The translations under genes were made by a program, and so were the position numbers. Shown piece by piece: positions 14,083 to 28,000 of a stretch of DNA of 64,000 nucleotides. Location of the stretch: positions 65,162,001 to 65,226,000 of the forward strand of contig OX597831.1 of assembly GCA_951406725.2 (NCBI GenBank), given 5' to 3'. This DNA comes from Octopus vulgaris (Eukaryota). Numbering within the stretch: the stretch's first letter is position 1; the number at the start of each line of letters is the position of its first letter. The notes under the pieces were generated by a model. It was given only the letters and a program-made list of their open reading frames with translations. It had not been told where the DNA came from and searched no databases.

Positions 14083-14392
14083 CATCATCATCATCATTTA
14101 ATGTCCGCTTTCCATGCTAGCACGGGTTGAACGGTTCAGCTGGGGTCTGGGAAGCCAGAAGGCTGCACCAGGCCCAGTCTGATCTGGCAGTGTTTCTACA
14201 GCTAGATGCCCTTCCTAACGCCAACCACTCCGTCAGTTTAGTGGGTGCTTTTTACATGCCACTGGCACAGGTGCCAGACAAGGCTGGCAAACGGCCACGA
14301 TCGGATGGTGCTTTTTACGTGCCACTGGCACGGGGGGCCAGACGAGGCTGGCATTGGCTACAATCGGATGGTGCTTTTTACGTGCCACCGGC
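14083..14392 (-). mobile_element. RTE LINE 3' tail copy
   Basis: Shared tail sequence and (GAT)n. Confidence 0.8.
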
Positions 14393-14826
14393 TAGTTTGT
14401 TTCTATTTATTTAATTTTTGAAAAGACAATGTCACTTTCTATTATTGTTAGCTCTGTACAACTCCTGACCCAGCAGGTTTATCATCAAAAGTATTTCACT
14501 AATGGCCATTCTATTTTTTGACTTTATTTTTAGATGCAATGTATCTAGGACTACACTTTTCAATGTGACATTCCTTTTCAGACAATAGGATGAAAGTTCA
14601 GAGAAAATATGATTGCAATTTGTGGCCTGTCAAGTAAATATGTAGAGACTCATTTGTTTCTGCTATTGTTCATATTTTTAAATTAATGCTTCTTAATGTT
14701 CCTTTTGCTATTTTATTGCTGCTAGAATTCTTTCTATGTGATTACCATTCATGCAGTTGTCATTGCTTTTGTCACTCATCTTATTGGTAGACAGAACAGT
14801 GTCTCTTGTTAGAGGTGATAATACAC

Positions 14827-15075
14827 TTCTTCTTCTGGGTTGAGCTGGCTTCATTTATCCTCAATGCTGCATCTCTCACAAACGCCGACCAGGCCCGGCG
14901 ATTTGAGGCTAACGACCGCGTGATCTCCAACCACTCCTTATTCCAGCGGTGAACGCCGTAGATATGGGGGTCGATGGTTGGGTTCCAGATCAGCCTTGAC
15001 CGTCATCAGCCAGGTTTTTCGTTGTCCACCACAACGCTTTCGCCAACCCTGAAAGGGGAGCTGGGACAATTGCTT
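14827..15075 (-). mobile_element. 3' end of an RTE-clade LINE with (GAA)n tail
   Basis: [23 protein letters not shown]...LASNRRAWSAFVRD; second copy at 48296. Confidence 0.75.
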
Positions 15076-15532
15076 TGTAGATGAATTCTCCTGGTGACAA
15101 ATACACCTCTCAGGTTGTCTCTTTATGAGTGGACTAAAAAGAGACATCTATGTTATACTTAGCAACTTTGATACCTCTATGGTGGCTGATATCACAATTG
15201 ACAAATAATGCTTCCTTTCTCAATTCCAACTCAATTTCTAATGTGTTTACATTAAGATGGTGAGAAAACCAGAAAATTTAAAACAATCTAAGAAAAATGA
15301 ATTACTGTGATTTTTTTATAAACAGAACACAATGGCAATACCATGATTTGAGTTCATTAACTTTGGGTCCGTTTCAAGAAAGAAAAATCTTGTTTCAATT
15401 TGCAGGTCTCTCCAACTCATTTTAACATATCTGTATTAACCATTCATGTAAATATGCTACATACAAAAAAAAAGGAAAAAAAAAAGATTTAAAAAAACCA
15501 AACAAAATGACAAAATAAATGAAATATTAAAT

Positions 15533-15538
15533 TTTATT
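15533..15538 (-). terminator. Candidate polyadenylation signal of ACO1
   Basis: AATAAA on minus strand about 390 nt after the stop, followed by T/GT-rich sequence; an alternative AATAAA lies at 15802-15807. Confidence 0.45.
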
Positions 15539-15922
15539 AAAAAGTAGTCAGAGACCGGGATGTTGGACACTATCCATACATTGATCCTTCTGATAGCTAA
15601 AACAGGATTTTTTTTTTCAGCCTTAGACAGGATTTTTCTAGATGACCAATGTATTGATTACTGTATGTAGATATAATATTTTAAACAGTAGCATCAATAA
15701 TGGCAACCTTCCTAACTGTAAACCAGTGTTAGTGAGTCTACTTAAGCATAACAAACATATTACTAATGTTACCCCATCAATAAAGGACAGGTTTGGATTA
15801 ATTTATTTAAAATCTCAGAAGGCACTCGACTATCTATTACTGCTCACAAAGCAGTTTTCGAAGTAGTAATTGCCTCAATGAGATCCAGTAGAAATAAATG
15901 TCTCTATCCTTTCGAGTCAACA

Positions 15923-16033
15923 TCATAGCATACCACGTATCATGTAGTTCAAGATGCCACCGTTCAAAAAGTATGTGCACTCCACATCCGTGTCGAATCG
16001 TAAAAGCACCTCAAATGTCTTTCCAGTACTCAG
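15923..16033 (-). CDS. ACO1: ACO1 last coding exon ([36 protein letters not shown])
   Basis: 111 nt, ttgcag acceptor, TGA at 15925-15923. Confidence 0.95.
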   Translation of the reverse strand: MSTGKTFEVLLRFDTDVECTYFLNGGILNYMIRGML

Positions 16034-19000
16034 CTGCAAATAAGAAAAAAATAAAAAGTATAACAAACAATCAATGGAAATATGCAATCATAAGCACGGA
16101 AAACGGACGTTAAACGATGATGATGATGATAAAGTAAGTGTATAGAAATGAAATACATAAAAAAAAATTTTACATCAGAAAAAGCACAAATAATTCTTTA
16201 ACCCTTTTGATATTAACCCAGCTGAGACAACCTCAAGTTCTAAGATAAACTTACTACTGTTTTAAAGTGGTCTAAATTATGATCTTCCATCAAAATTTTA
16301 TGCTAAATATATGCCAGCTTAATAATTAGTTATTTTACTAAATACTTCATTATTTTAAAGATTAATTGAAACAAAGGCAGCATGTAGGAGGCACCATTCG
16401 AGCGGGATCGTTACCAGCATCGCCTTACTGGCACCTGTGCCATTGGCATGTGTAAAAAATTCGAGCGAGGTCGTTGCCAGTACCACCTGACTGGCCCCCG
16501 TGCCGGTGGCATGTAAAAGCACCTATTACACCCTCAGAGTGGTTGGCGTTAGGAAGGGCATTCAGCTGTAGAAACTCTGCCAGATCAAGACTGGAGGCTG
16601 GTGCCATCCAACCCATGCTAACATGGAAAGCGGACGTTAAACGACGATGATGATGAAAGGCAGCATATGTTAACAGAAATATGGTAACAAAAGGAATAAA
16701 TGAAAATCTAGGTGAAAAAGACATGACGACACTTACTTCAACGGTTGTTGTTAGTTGAGGTTTTATTTCTGATGGTACAGTAATTGTATATTGTTCTTTT
16801 CCAGTCAGGCCAAGGGATTCAGCTGATTCACCTGGCAAATATTGCAGAGGAATGATACCCATCCCAATAAGATTACTGCGATGAATTCGTTCAAAGCTTT
16901 CAGCTAGCACAGCACGGACACCCTAGATGTATAGATAAAAGGAGAACATTACATATTATTCAACACAGACTAACTACGTTAGTTAACATGGGAAAATGCT
17001 GCAGAAACATACATTTATATTATTCCATATTTGAACAGATTAGAAGAATGTGAAGATTCAGATGGTTGAGCATGTAATTCAATTACCTAACTAAAACAAT
17101 GTACAGTTCTATATTTAAGAGATGAATTATGTACATTATTTACATTTGACAGATATTTGTCCTCAACTTGTTTGTTGTTAGCACAACGTTTCGGCTGATA
17201 TACCCTCCTTCATCAGGTGTCTTGGGGGAAATTTTGAACCTGGGTTCTCATTCCTAAGGTATTTTTCAATGTACTTATTATTATTATTATTCAGGTCTCA
17301 GCCTGGAATCGAACTCGGAATTTTGGGGTTTGATTCCAGGCTGTGACCGGGATAATAATAATAATTACATCGAAAAATACCTTAGGAATGAGAACCCAGG
17401 TTCGAAATTTTCCCAAAACACCTGATGAAGGCCTAAGAAAGCATAAGAAATTTTCAAATGAAAGATAAATAAATATCCAATTTGATTCATTTAGGGATGG
17501 TAGGGTTAGTATGAGTTAGTAATCCATCAAAATCATTGATCTCACAACTTTCAAAAGAAAGGATAAATTAAAAGTTGGAGTGTACATTAAGCTAACAGCC
17601 AATCAAATCATCAACTACAAAAGGTGGACAGTCACCATATTCAATCTCTAACAGAGAATGTTTATAATAAATCTATTAAATTCAAAGTGGATGAGGAGAG
17701 AATTATTGATTACAATAGATAAGTTAAGATTCAGAAATTCTTATCAACAATAATAGTGACCTATGCCTTGCCATTCTCCATATGCCAGCATTGTAAAATA
17801 ATGTCATGGATTAAACATTGTCAATGGTTATGTCTGCTGTGCAGTTCATTGTGTAAAAGATCAGAGGAATAAGTATCATACTTGGAAACAAGCAAGGGTT
17901 GGGGACATGAGGGGCATCCAGCTATAGAATATTGCTTCAATTTAGTCTCATCCAACTCATGCCAGCATGGAAAAAACAGCTGTAAAAATGATCATGAAGA
18001 AGATGATGATGAGGACACTGACTGAATACTTTTGTTATACTTTCAAAAAACAAAACAAAAAAAAAACCCCCAGAGATTAACAGGTGGATTCATAATAAAC
18101 ATGGCAATTGAAGCAAAACTTGTCAACTTACCAGCATTGAAGGCCCTTTAGCTGCCCAGTCTCTGGAAGAACCAGAACCATATTCTTTTCCTGCTAATAT
18201 GATAACACTATCATTGGTTTGCTTATATTTTTCAGCTGCATCAAATACATCCATCTGAAGAAGATAAAAAAAACGTATTTTATACATAAGGTCTCATTAA
18301 AATTACAGCTAAGATTAGAAAATAATTTTTTCCTAAAAACTTATGGGGCAATCCAACTCTAGAGATAACTCTCATTTCAGTTTGAAAAGACATGTTTAAA
18401 GTGCACCAGGGTTGCTTATCTAATTCCTGAATGTGATATTATAGTGGATTTTAATCATTTGTATTTAAGGATTAAAAAAAAATACTGACATAATATACAT
18501 CCTACAAATTACATGGAATTGGGTAATGTAATTTCTGATTCAAAAATCTATGGTAGTTTGAAGACCTGCAAGGGTTTTGAATTTGGAATCTTAGAATAAA
18601 TTAAAAGAATAAATTCTTTTTTTAAATACTTTAACCCTTTAGTGTTCGCATTATTCTGCCAAAATTAATCCTTTTTTATCCACATTGTTTTGAACTAATC
18701 ATGCATTAATCTTGTAGCTATGAGATTTTGATGAGGTAGCTGTTAATTTTTAAAACTATATTGTAGGGTTGGTGTGAGAGACCAGATCTGGCCAGTTTGA
18801 ACATAAAACAGGTAGAATATTTTGGCTGGATTTGGCCAGTTTAAATGCTAAAAGGTTAAATACCAGGACTCAAAAGTTACCAAAAACCAACCACAATCAT
18901 CATCATCATCATCGTCGTTTAACGTCCGTTCTCCATGCTAGCATGGGTTGGACGGTTCGACCGGGGTTCTGGGAAGCCAGAAGGCTGCACCAGGCTCCAG

Positions 19001-22000
19001 TCTAATCTGGCAATGTTTCTACAGCTGGATGCCCTTCCTAACGCCAACCACTCCGTGAGTGTAGTGGGTGCTTTTTACGTGCCACCTGCACAGGTGCCAG
19101 GCGGGGCTGGCAACGGCCACGGTCAGATTGGTGTATTTTATGTGCCACTGGCACGGAAGCCAGTCGAGGCGGCGCTGGCATCGGCCACGAGTCGGATAGT
19201 GCTTTTTACGTACCACCAGACCAGGGATCCTGGCTGGTTCAATTCGATTTCGATTTCGCTTGCCCCAACATGTCTTCACAAGCAAAGGGGTTGGCAAGGG
19301 TGCCTGTCATACGGTCGCATTGGATTATTTTACGTGCCACGGCCACGAGTCGGATAGTGCTTTTTACGTACCACCAGACCAGGGATCCTGGCTGGTTCAA
19401 TTCGATTTCGATTTCGCTTGCCCCAACATGTCTTCACAAGCAAAGGGGGTTGGCATGGGTGCCTGTCGTACGGTCGCATTGGATTATTTTACGTGCCACG
19501 GCCACGAGTCGGATAGTGCTTTTTACGTACCACCAGGCCAGGGATCCTGGCTGGTTCAATTCGGTTTCGATTTCGATTTCGCTTGCCCCAACATGTCTTC
19601 GCAAGCATGGGGGGTTGGCATGGGTGTCTGTCGTCGGATGAGGTTCTATATCGACTTCGCTTGCCTCAACCGGTCTTTGTGTCCAAGGGAGGAAAGGCAT
19701 TCATAAGTGGGCTGGGCTAACTTGTCCTGCCTGGTCTTCTCACGTACAGAATATTTCCAAAGGTCTCGGTCTCTGGTCATTTCCAATGCCCATATTAAAT
19801 GGAATTCAATGCAAAGTAACCATTTAAACTAAGATAAATTTTATTGCTAATATAATAAAAACACTTGCATATTGGGAAATCTAGAATAAAACAGATTTTT
19901 AAGTAAACTGTAAAACTTTGGTATATTTCTTCAGTAGTTCTTTTATAGCAATAGCCACACTTACATGTATAACTTTTACAAAAATGTACAAGTATTGTAT
20001 ATTTTATTGTAGCTAAAAGAATCTTAAGTCACCTCCTACTAAAGGGAGTCTTTTTTTCCTCCCATTATTTTGCAAGTTATTTGACAACATTCACTTGTGC
20101 CAGTGTAGTGAAACAAGCACCCAGCACACTCTGTAAAGTGGTTGGCATTAAGAAGGACAGCCAGCTGTAGAAACCATGCCAAAGCAGACATTGGAGCCCA
20201 AAGCAGTGCTCTGGTTCATTGGATCCTGTCAAACAGTCCAACCAATACCAGCATGGAAGATGGACATTAAACGATGATTACGAAAATGGCATTCTGAGAC
20301 ACTGGTTAGGGCATGCTTAAAACATTTTAAACCTATCTCACTTGTATCACACAGAAAGGTAGAGAAAGACACAGAACTTGTGTTGGCACTTACTCAAGAG
20401 AAATATACATTACAGATATGAAAAATAACCATTTAGGGATGTTAGCTCTAAGAATAATACACAGGGTTACTGAAACTGCTTGTCTTGAAGACAGGATGTG
20501 CAGTTATATACTACAATATCTAATGCTAAATACTCAGAGAATAGAAGTTAAAGAATTTGCCATTATAAACATATAATTTCAAACAAAATTACTGTTAGCT
20601 AACAAAGGTTGATATTCTTTTTAGTTATCCATAAAAAAAAAAGCTGTCTGCACATACATATATAGCTTTAATCACTAAACCTTATTCCAAGTAAAAAAAA
20701 ACTAGGCATAAGATAAAAGAAGAGATACTGAGATTTTAAAATACATGTTTAACTACAGTCATCCTTAAAATTTTTTAAATTATATCCTCTGTGTGAAAAG
20801 TCTGGCTGCATACACATTAGCATATGTCAGGTGCATACAATTGACAACACAGTTAATTAAGATTTATTCAGTGAGTTCTATTCAACACATGTTTACACGT
20901 GGAATCCATTAGATGAAGGCATTTTCAAAGCTTTGACCGATAAAGTTGAACTGAAAAACCCTACAACGAGGCATGAATTGCACGAAGCCGTCTTGCAGTC
21001 TTGGGAAGAGCTATCTGAGCGGAAAATTTGTGGTTGTATTCAACATCAAACTCGTGTTCGGCGTCAAATAGTTGACTGTCGTGGTGGTAACAGATTTGTG
21101 TAATAAATTTTGTGTTTATTTTTGTTTCATAATATATATTTTTTCGGATGCAGCCAGACTTTTCGCACAGAGGTATTTTGTTTTATTTTCTACTGATTTC
21201 AAGTGTCACAACATCCTTTTGTTGCCTTAAAGATTCATAAAACAATGCTGTAAAATGATGACAAGTCCAGCACTAATAACACTAACTGAACTAAAGAGAA
21301 ACAAAAGACACATTCATCTTGCTTATAATAATTTCTGAGGAACTTTTGCAGAAAAGAGGTATACATGATTGAATCAACCTGATTATATTACTGGTACTTA
21401 TTTTACTGACACAGAAGGGGTGAAAGGTGATGTCAACTCTGGCAAGATTTGTGTATATAATACCTTTATCTTCTCTCTTAGTCAGTGTCAATGTACGAGG
21501 TGGTATCAAAAGGTTCCCGGACTAGTTGTGTTTAATAAAAAATAACTTATTTACCTAAGTTTTAATATCATCTCCTTCAAAATAGTCACCTTGCACCAGT
21601 TCCTGCATTCCTGCCACTTTTGGAATCTGGCCTGGAAATTGTTTTTTGTGAGTGCGATTTGCTCTTGATCTCAACAACAGTGTTAACCCTTTCATTACTG
21701 TATTTATTTTGAGATGCTCTGTGTTTCTTTCAATTATTGTAAATATAACAAAGAATTTAGTAAAATAACTTTGCTACCATTAAGCTAGTGTTAGGAACAT
21801 AAATTGTGATTAAGGTTTGGTGGAAGATTTTAATTCAAAACTTAAGAAAAACAAGACATTTGTACTACAGAGCCAGAGGCGGTTTTGGCCGGGTTGGTAA
21901 TGAAAGGGTTAAAACGGCAACCTTTGAGCTTGGTGACAGGTCGCGTTGTTGTAAAGAATCCAGTTCTTTGTGGCCCACAGATACAGTCGCTTTCACTAAA

Positions 22001-25000
22001 TGTCCTCCCTCAAATGCTACAAAACATCATTGATTGTCCTCCAATGATCCTCATGCACAAACTGATGACTTTTTCTACATTTCCGGGGTGTGACGCTCGT
22101 GGCAAGTCTTCCAAGGATGTTCTTCCACTTTTGAAGCCCCAGTGCCACTTGAAACATTACATTTGATCCATTTCCTGGTCACCATAAGCTTGCCAAAGCA
22201 TGCTCAATGTTCCTGCAGCAGACTTCCCAAGCTTAATACAAAATTTCACATTGGCTCTTTTATTCCAACTTCTGTCCATGGCAAAAATTGCAAACTACAT
22301 CATACATGTGATCACAAAAACACAAATTTCATAACCTGTAAAGTAAACACAGTGATGTCACGCAGCACGCTGCCTCATGGAGGTCACCTCTATCTCTCAC
22401 TGCACATGCATCCATGTACTGCCACCTGTTGGTGCATTACAGAACTAGTCTGGTAAAATTTGGATACCATCTCATATATTCTTATTTCCATTTCATGAAC
22501 ACATAACTCAGAGAGCCTTTCTGTTTGACATTAACAGATAATCATACTCTATTTCAGATAATCAGACAGCTAATTTTAATATTATACCACACAAATCATC
22601 ATCATCATCATCATTTAACATCCGTTCTCCATGCTAGCATGGGTTGGACGGTTTAACTGAGGTCTGGGAAGCCAGAAGGCTGCACCAGGCTCCAGTCTGA
22701 TCTGGCAGTGTTTCTACAGCTGGATGCCCTTCCTAACGCCAACCACTGTGAGTGTAGTGGCTGCTTTTTACGTGCCAGGTGAGGTTGGCAATGGCCACAA
22801 TTGGAGTGGTGCTTTTTACATGCCACCAGCACAGAAGCCAGTCAAGGCGGTGCTGGCATCAGCCACGTTCGGATGGTGCTTTTTACGTGCCACCGGCACA
22901 GGGATCACAACTGCAGTTTCCATTGATTTTTGATATTGGTGTACTTGACTCAATGGATCTCCTCAAGCACAGGGTCGAAACGGTGTTTCTTTACTTGCCA
23001 CCTGCACAGGAGTCAGTCCAGCGGCCCTGGCAACTGCCGGGTGCCAGTCATAGGATTGGTTCAATTTCGATTCCAATTTATTAAATATTAAATCTATATA
23101 AGAAAAACAGTCACTCACCGTGGCTCCAGTTGGTATGTGTAGAGTTTTAGGTCCTGGTTTAGACATAAATTTATTGACAAGTCTTATATTTGCAAAAGTG
23201 CCACGAGCCATGACAGCATCGTTACCTCTGCGAGAACCATAAGAGTTGAATTCTCGAGGTTTCAAGCTAGAAAAGAAAAAAATGTGAATTTTTATTACCA
23301 CAAGCAATTTTCTTTATTTAAAAATTAAAAAAAAGAAGATAAATGTAAGAAAAAAATTAATTAAAAAAGTACTTAACAACAAACAGGCACAACAAAACTC
23401 AATAATACTGCTGCATTATAAATATTTGTTATGTTGGCATATTACTAGATGCAATAACATCTAATAATATACCAACATAACAACAAATATTTTTTTTACT
23501 ACTTATGCATCAAAAAATTAATCATTGCAAACCATACAAAAAAGTGAATCAAACTGACACACCAAACTGAAATTTACTGCTTTTTCCAAATTTAGTAATT
23601 GTTGTGATTTTTATCAGTTCTATGTACATAGATACAGACAACAGCAAATATACTGAACATCTGACTTCACTGAAAAAGTCATCTATATATATAAAACAAA
23701 GGATATGTGTGTGTAGTATGTCTTTGTCACATATGTATATGTGTGTTTAATAATGTACGTAATGGGCACGTAAATACACACACACTCTGACATAAATCTA
23801 GTAAGAAAGACATACACACTAATATATGTGACGTTGTTGCCATTGTATAAAATGTCCTTTACTACCTCGTACATATCAAATGTGCAAACTCACAAAAGTA
23901 GAAAAATAAAAGTGAAATAACATTATATCACACAAGAAAGCAAATTTACAAACAGAAATTACAAACCCCATTTCAGCAGATAAATCAACTGATTTTCACC
24001 AAATTTTACACATATTACTTATGTGCTAAGGATGGTCAAGCACTATAACATTTTGCCCAGAGCTCCCGCATAAAGCAAGAAACCAGGGGAAAAGGTGTTT
24101 CACATGGGTTTTTCTCTAAAAATTAGTTTTTAACTAATTCTCTCCCTTTGATTTCTGCAGTTTTCAAATGATTCTCTTGCTTACGTATATTCTTTCTCAC
24201 CTTCTCTAAGTTCCTCTCTAAGTCTATGTCTGTTTCATTCACTCACACTCTCTGAAAATTGACATCAGTCAATTTCGATTTTGTTGTGCGTAAATATCTT
24301 TGTCTTCACGCTTTTTGTATATTCTCCCTACAACATGACCTCACTTATTAAAAAATTTTTTGCACTCTATTTAGATACACTATTTACATTTCTCCCTCTA
24401 TCGAAAACCGTTGTGATACAGCTAATAAGCCTTCATTACTAACCAATGAGAATTCAACCATGCCTCTGAGTGTAGATGTGTTAGAAAAAGATATCCTAAT
24501 ATGGCTCAAGATTTTTCCACTCGACCTATTTTCTTCTAGAGCTTTATCTGCTGAAATGGGGTTTGTAATTTCTGTTTACAAATTTACTTTCTTGCGTGAT
24601 ATAATATTATTTCACTTTTATTCTTCTACTTTTGTGTGTTTGCACATTTGATATGTACGAGGTAGTAAAGGACATTTTATACAATGGCAACAACATCACA
24701 TATATTAGTGTGTATGTCTCTCTTACTAGATGTATGTTCAATTAACAATTCATAATCATCGCAGCTGTTGCAAAGTATTTACAGGTTGTTTATATTCAGT
24801 TAACTCACACTGTTTACAAAAATATAGGCATACTACATGCATACAAAAATAATGTATAATGTTCATAATTCATAGCTTAAAATATTGTAAAAATATGTCA
24901 CCAAAAAAAAAAAAACAATTTCTCCAGAAACACCTATAAAGCAAGGAGGAGTGCAGAAAATCAAAGGCATGAGTCTCAAGAGATAAGGGACATGAGACTT

Positions 25001-28000
25001 TCTCAACATCAGTAAAGGCATGCTGCAGCATGTCAGATGGAGTATCAGTACAGAAGGCACATGACACTTTCCAAAGATCAGCAAAGGCATGCTGTAGCAT
25101 GTCTGATGGAGTCCCAAGAGAGAAGGGAGATGAGACTTCCCCAAGATCAGCAAAGGCATGCTGCACCACTTGATGCTGAATCATTAAAACAATGTTTAGC
25201 ACGCCAGATTACATAGAGGTCCAATAAAATAGCTCTCAGAAACAAAGCACGTACAAATTCTTTTTTCACAACACCTGGAGCTGCTTTCAGATATGATCCA
25301 TCCCATTCTTATAAAAATTATAATTCTGTCCAAATTGGTGTGCTAAACTCAAATTGTCGTTTAAGCAAATCTTTAAAATATTCTCCACAAATGTTTTATT
25401 ATCAATGCTACTCTTTCCTATATCACCAGTTTCAACATAACTGTAATATACATATATACACACACACACAAACTGTGCCATTTTAATACCGAGCAATGCT
25501 GGGTATCTCTGCTAGTCTAAAATACAAAAATGAAAAAAAAAAAAGAAGAAAATAATAGACATAATCATCCTTGATACATCCGCCTATATTCTGAATTGTT
25601 CCAAGCGTCAAAAGCACAATACTCTTGTTTTGAAAATCTGAAAACTATCTCCCCCACTGACACTGGGAGACAAAATTACTGCAAAGAGGATTATAGGAAG
25701 ACAGAACATATTCAACTGAAGCACAATCTCACCCACTTCAAAATAACTTCTACACTAAATTTTGAATGAAAATATTCTCGTCTAAAAGGTAAATCAAGTT
25801 CCCATTAAATACATCTCTTCTTTCTTTACCCAATCCAAATGATTTCAACTCAGTTTACAATACTAACAAAAATAATCTCAAACCTGTTCTCATTTCTTCT
25901 AATCAACTATTATTTCACATTTCTTTACATTTTCCTTTTTTTTTTTACTGTTGTCAAATTATACCTCATTTGTTTACTATTGTCAAATTCACAGGCCCAA
26001 ATGATGTGTAAACTACCACCAGCAACAATTTGGCTGAAGATTAGCTCTAATTCTAATGAAATACCTATTTCTTTACTACCCACAAGGGGCTAAACACAGA
26101 AGGGACAAACAAGGACAGACAAACGGATTAAGTCGATTATAACGACCCCAGTGCGTAACTGATACTTAATTTATCGACCCTGAAAGGATGAAAGGCAAAG
26201 TTGACCTCGGCAGAATTTGAACTCAGAACGTAACGGCAGACGAAATACAGCTACGCATTTCGCCTGGCGTGCTAACATTTCTGCCAGCTCGCTGCCTTAA
26301 GAAATACCTGGGAGGAGAATAACAGAAGCTCACAACAGTAAGCTCTGTCACAGTGAAAAGGGGACACCAATTACAACAGCATTTTCATTCAAAACTGTTG
26401 AACTAAAACCATATTGAACCTGTCCGATATCAATCAGCAGGATTCACTAGACTCTCAGTCATATGTATATCAGATTTGTAAAACAAGAAAACTGAGTCCT
26501 GACGTTTTTGCAGGATCTTATCTTGTTTTACATACTGAAGAGTAAATGGTTTATATATCAAATGTTTAGCTCAAAATTATCTATAAAGTTACATACAATA
26601 TAAATCCAAGCCACATAAAAATCATAGCACTTGATAGATTTATTACTAACTTGTGATATAAATCAACTATTTCGCAATATCTAAGTCATAAATGCTATGT
26701 TATTTAGTACTGAGGTTGCTAACTACTTGACTACCAAACCAAATAGTAATCAAACTAGCAGTATGACCAAGCAACGCCGGGTCATAGTGTTAGTGCATGC
26801 ATATAGAGCTGTGTGCGTGCACACATACACGCGAGTACTGTCCAAACCAATCACATACAGCTACCTGGTATTCAATTGGGCATTTTGATCGGGTTTTGGA
26901 TGGAAAATTCACAAAAAAGTCACTTCTATTGATTTTTTAATGGCCTTGCAGGGTAACTGGGGAAATGTAAAGATGTGCACAACCACTCTTGGACGGTTTT
27001 GAATGACCACAGAAAGTGCGAGCCCTCTAATTGAAAAATTGTGGATTTGTATAAAGGACACATGCAGACATTTTGCCGTTTATATATGTAGATTACGTGG
27101 AGATCTGTATAGAGAGGAATAAGCTTCGATAAAGTTATAAAATATTAGAACTACAAAAGCAGAGAGGTGAACAACAAGCAAGACAGGAAACATGTTTTCT
27201 TCAAAAATTAGACAAAAACAAAATATACCTACTTTAAAGAAGCTAAGTAACGAGCAGCAGGTGAATTTCTAGCAATGCTACCAGCTGGAGATATATGGTC
27301 TGTAGTAACAGAGTCTCCAAAATTCATAAGGACATAGGCATTTTTAATGGAATCAATAACAGGAAGTTCTTTAGTCTGGAAAAAAAAAAGTTGTTAAAAT
27401 ATAATCCTGAAATTGTGTAAAGTTAATAATTAATAATTTTTAAAAAAACAATCAAACATTTTCATTGATTTAAAGTGACAGAATCCAATCCAAAATTACC
27501 TACATCATAACATGGTCTGTAAGCAACATTCAGTATTCTGAATGTTGCTTACCAACCACATGGTTCTGGGTTCAGTCCCACGGCGTGGCACTTTGGGCAA
27601 GTGTCTTCTACTATAGCCTCGGGCCGACCAAAGCCTTGTGAGTGGATTTGGTAGACGGAAACTGAAAGAAGCCTGTCGTATATATGTACATATATATGTG
27701 TGTGTTTGTGTGTCTGTGTTTGTCCTCCCAACATCGCTTGACAACCGATACTGGTGTGTTCATGTCCCCCGTAACTTAGCGGTTCGGCAAAAGAGACTGA
27801 TAGAATAAGCACTAGGCTTACAAAGAATAAGTCCTGGGGTCGATTTGCACGACTAAAGGCGGTGCTCCAGCATGGCCGCAGTCAAATGACTGAAACAAGT
27901 AAAAGAGTAAAGAGTATTCAAAATAATCAAAGTCAATCTCTTAATTTCTGCTTCTTGCAATATCACCAATAGTATGGCTGTTACTATTATAAAGGAAATG

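Noticed and set aside
15500-15922. Iron-responsive element in the ACO1 3'UTR
   Set aside because: No CAGUGN-loop hairpin seen on the sense strand.
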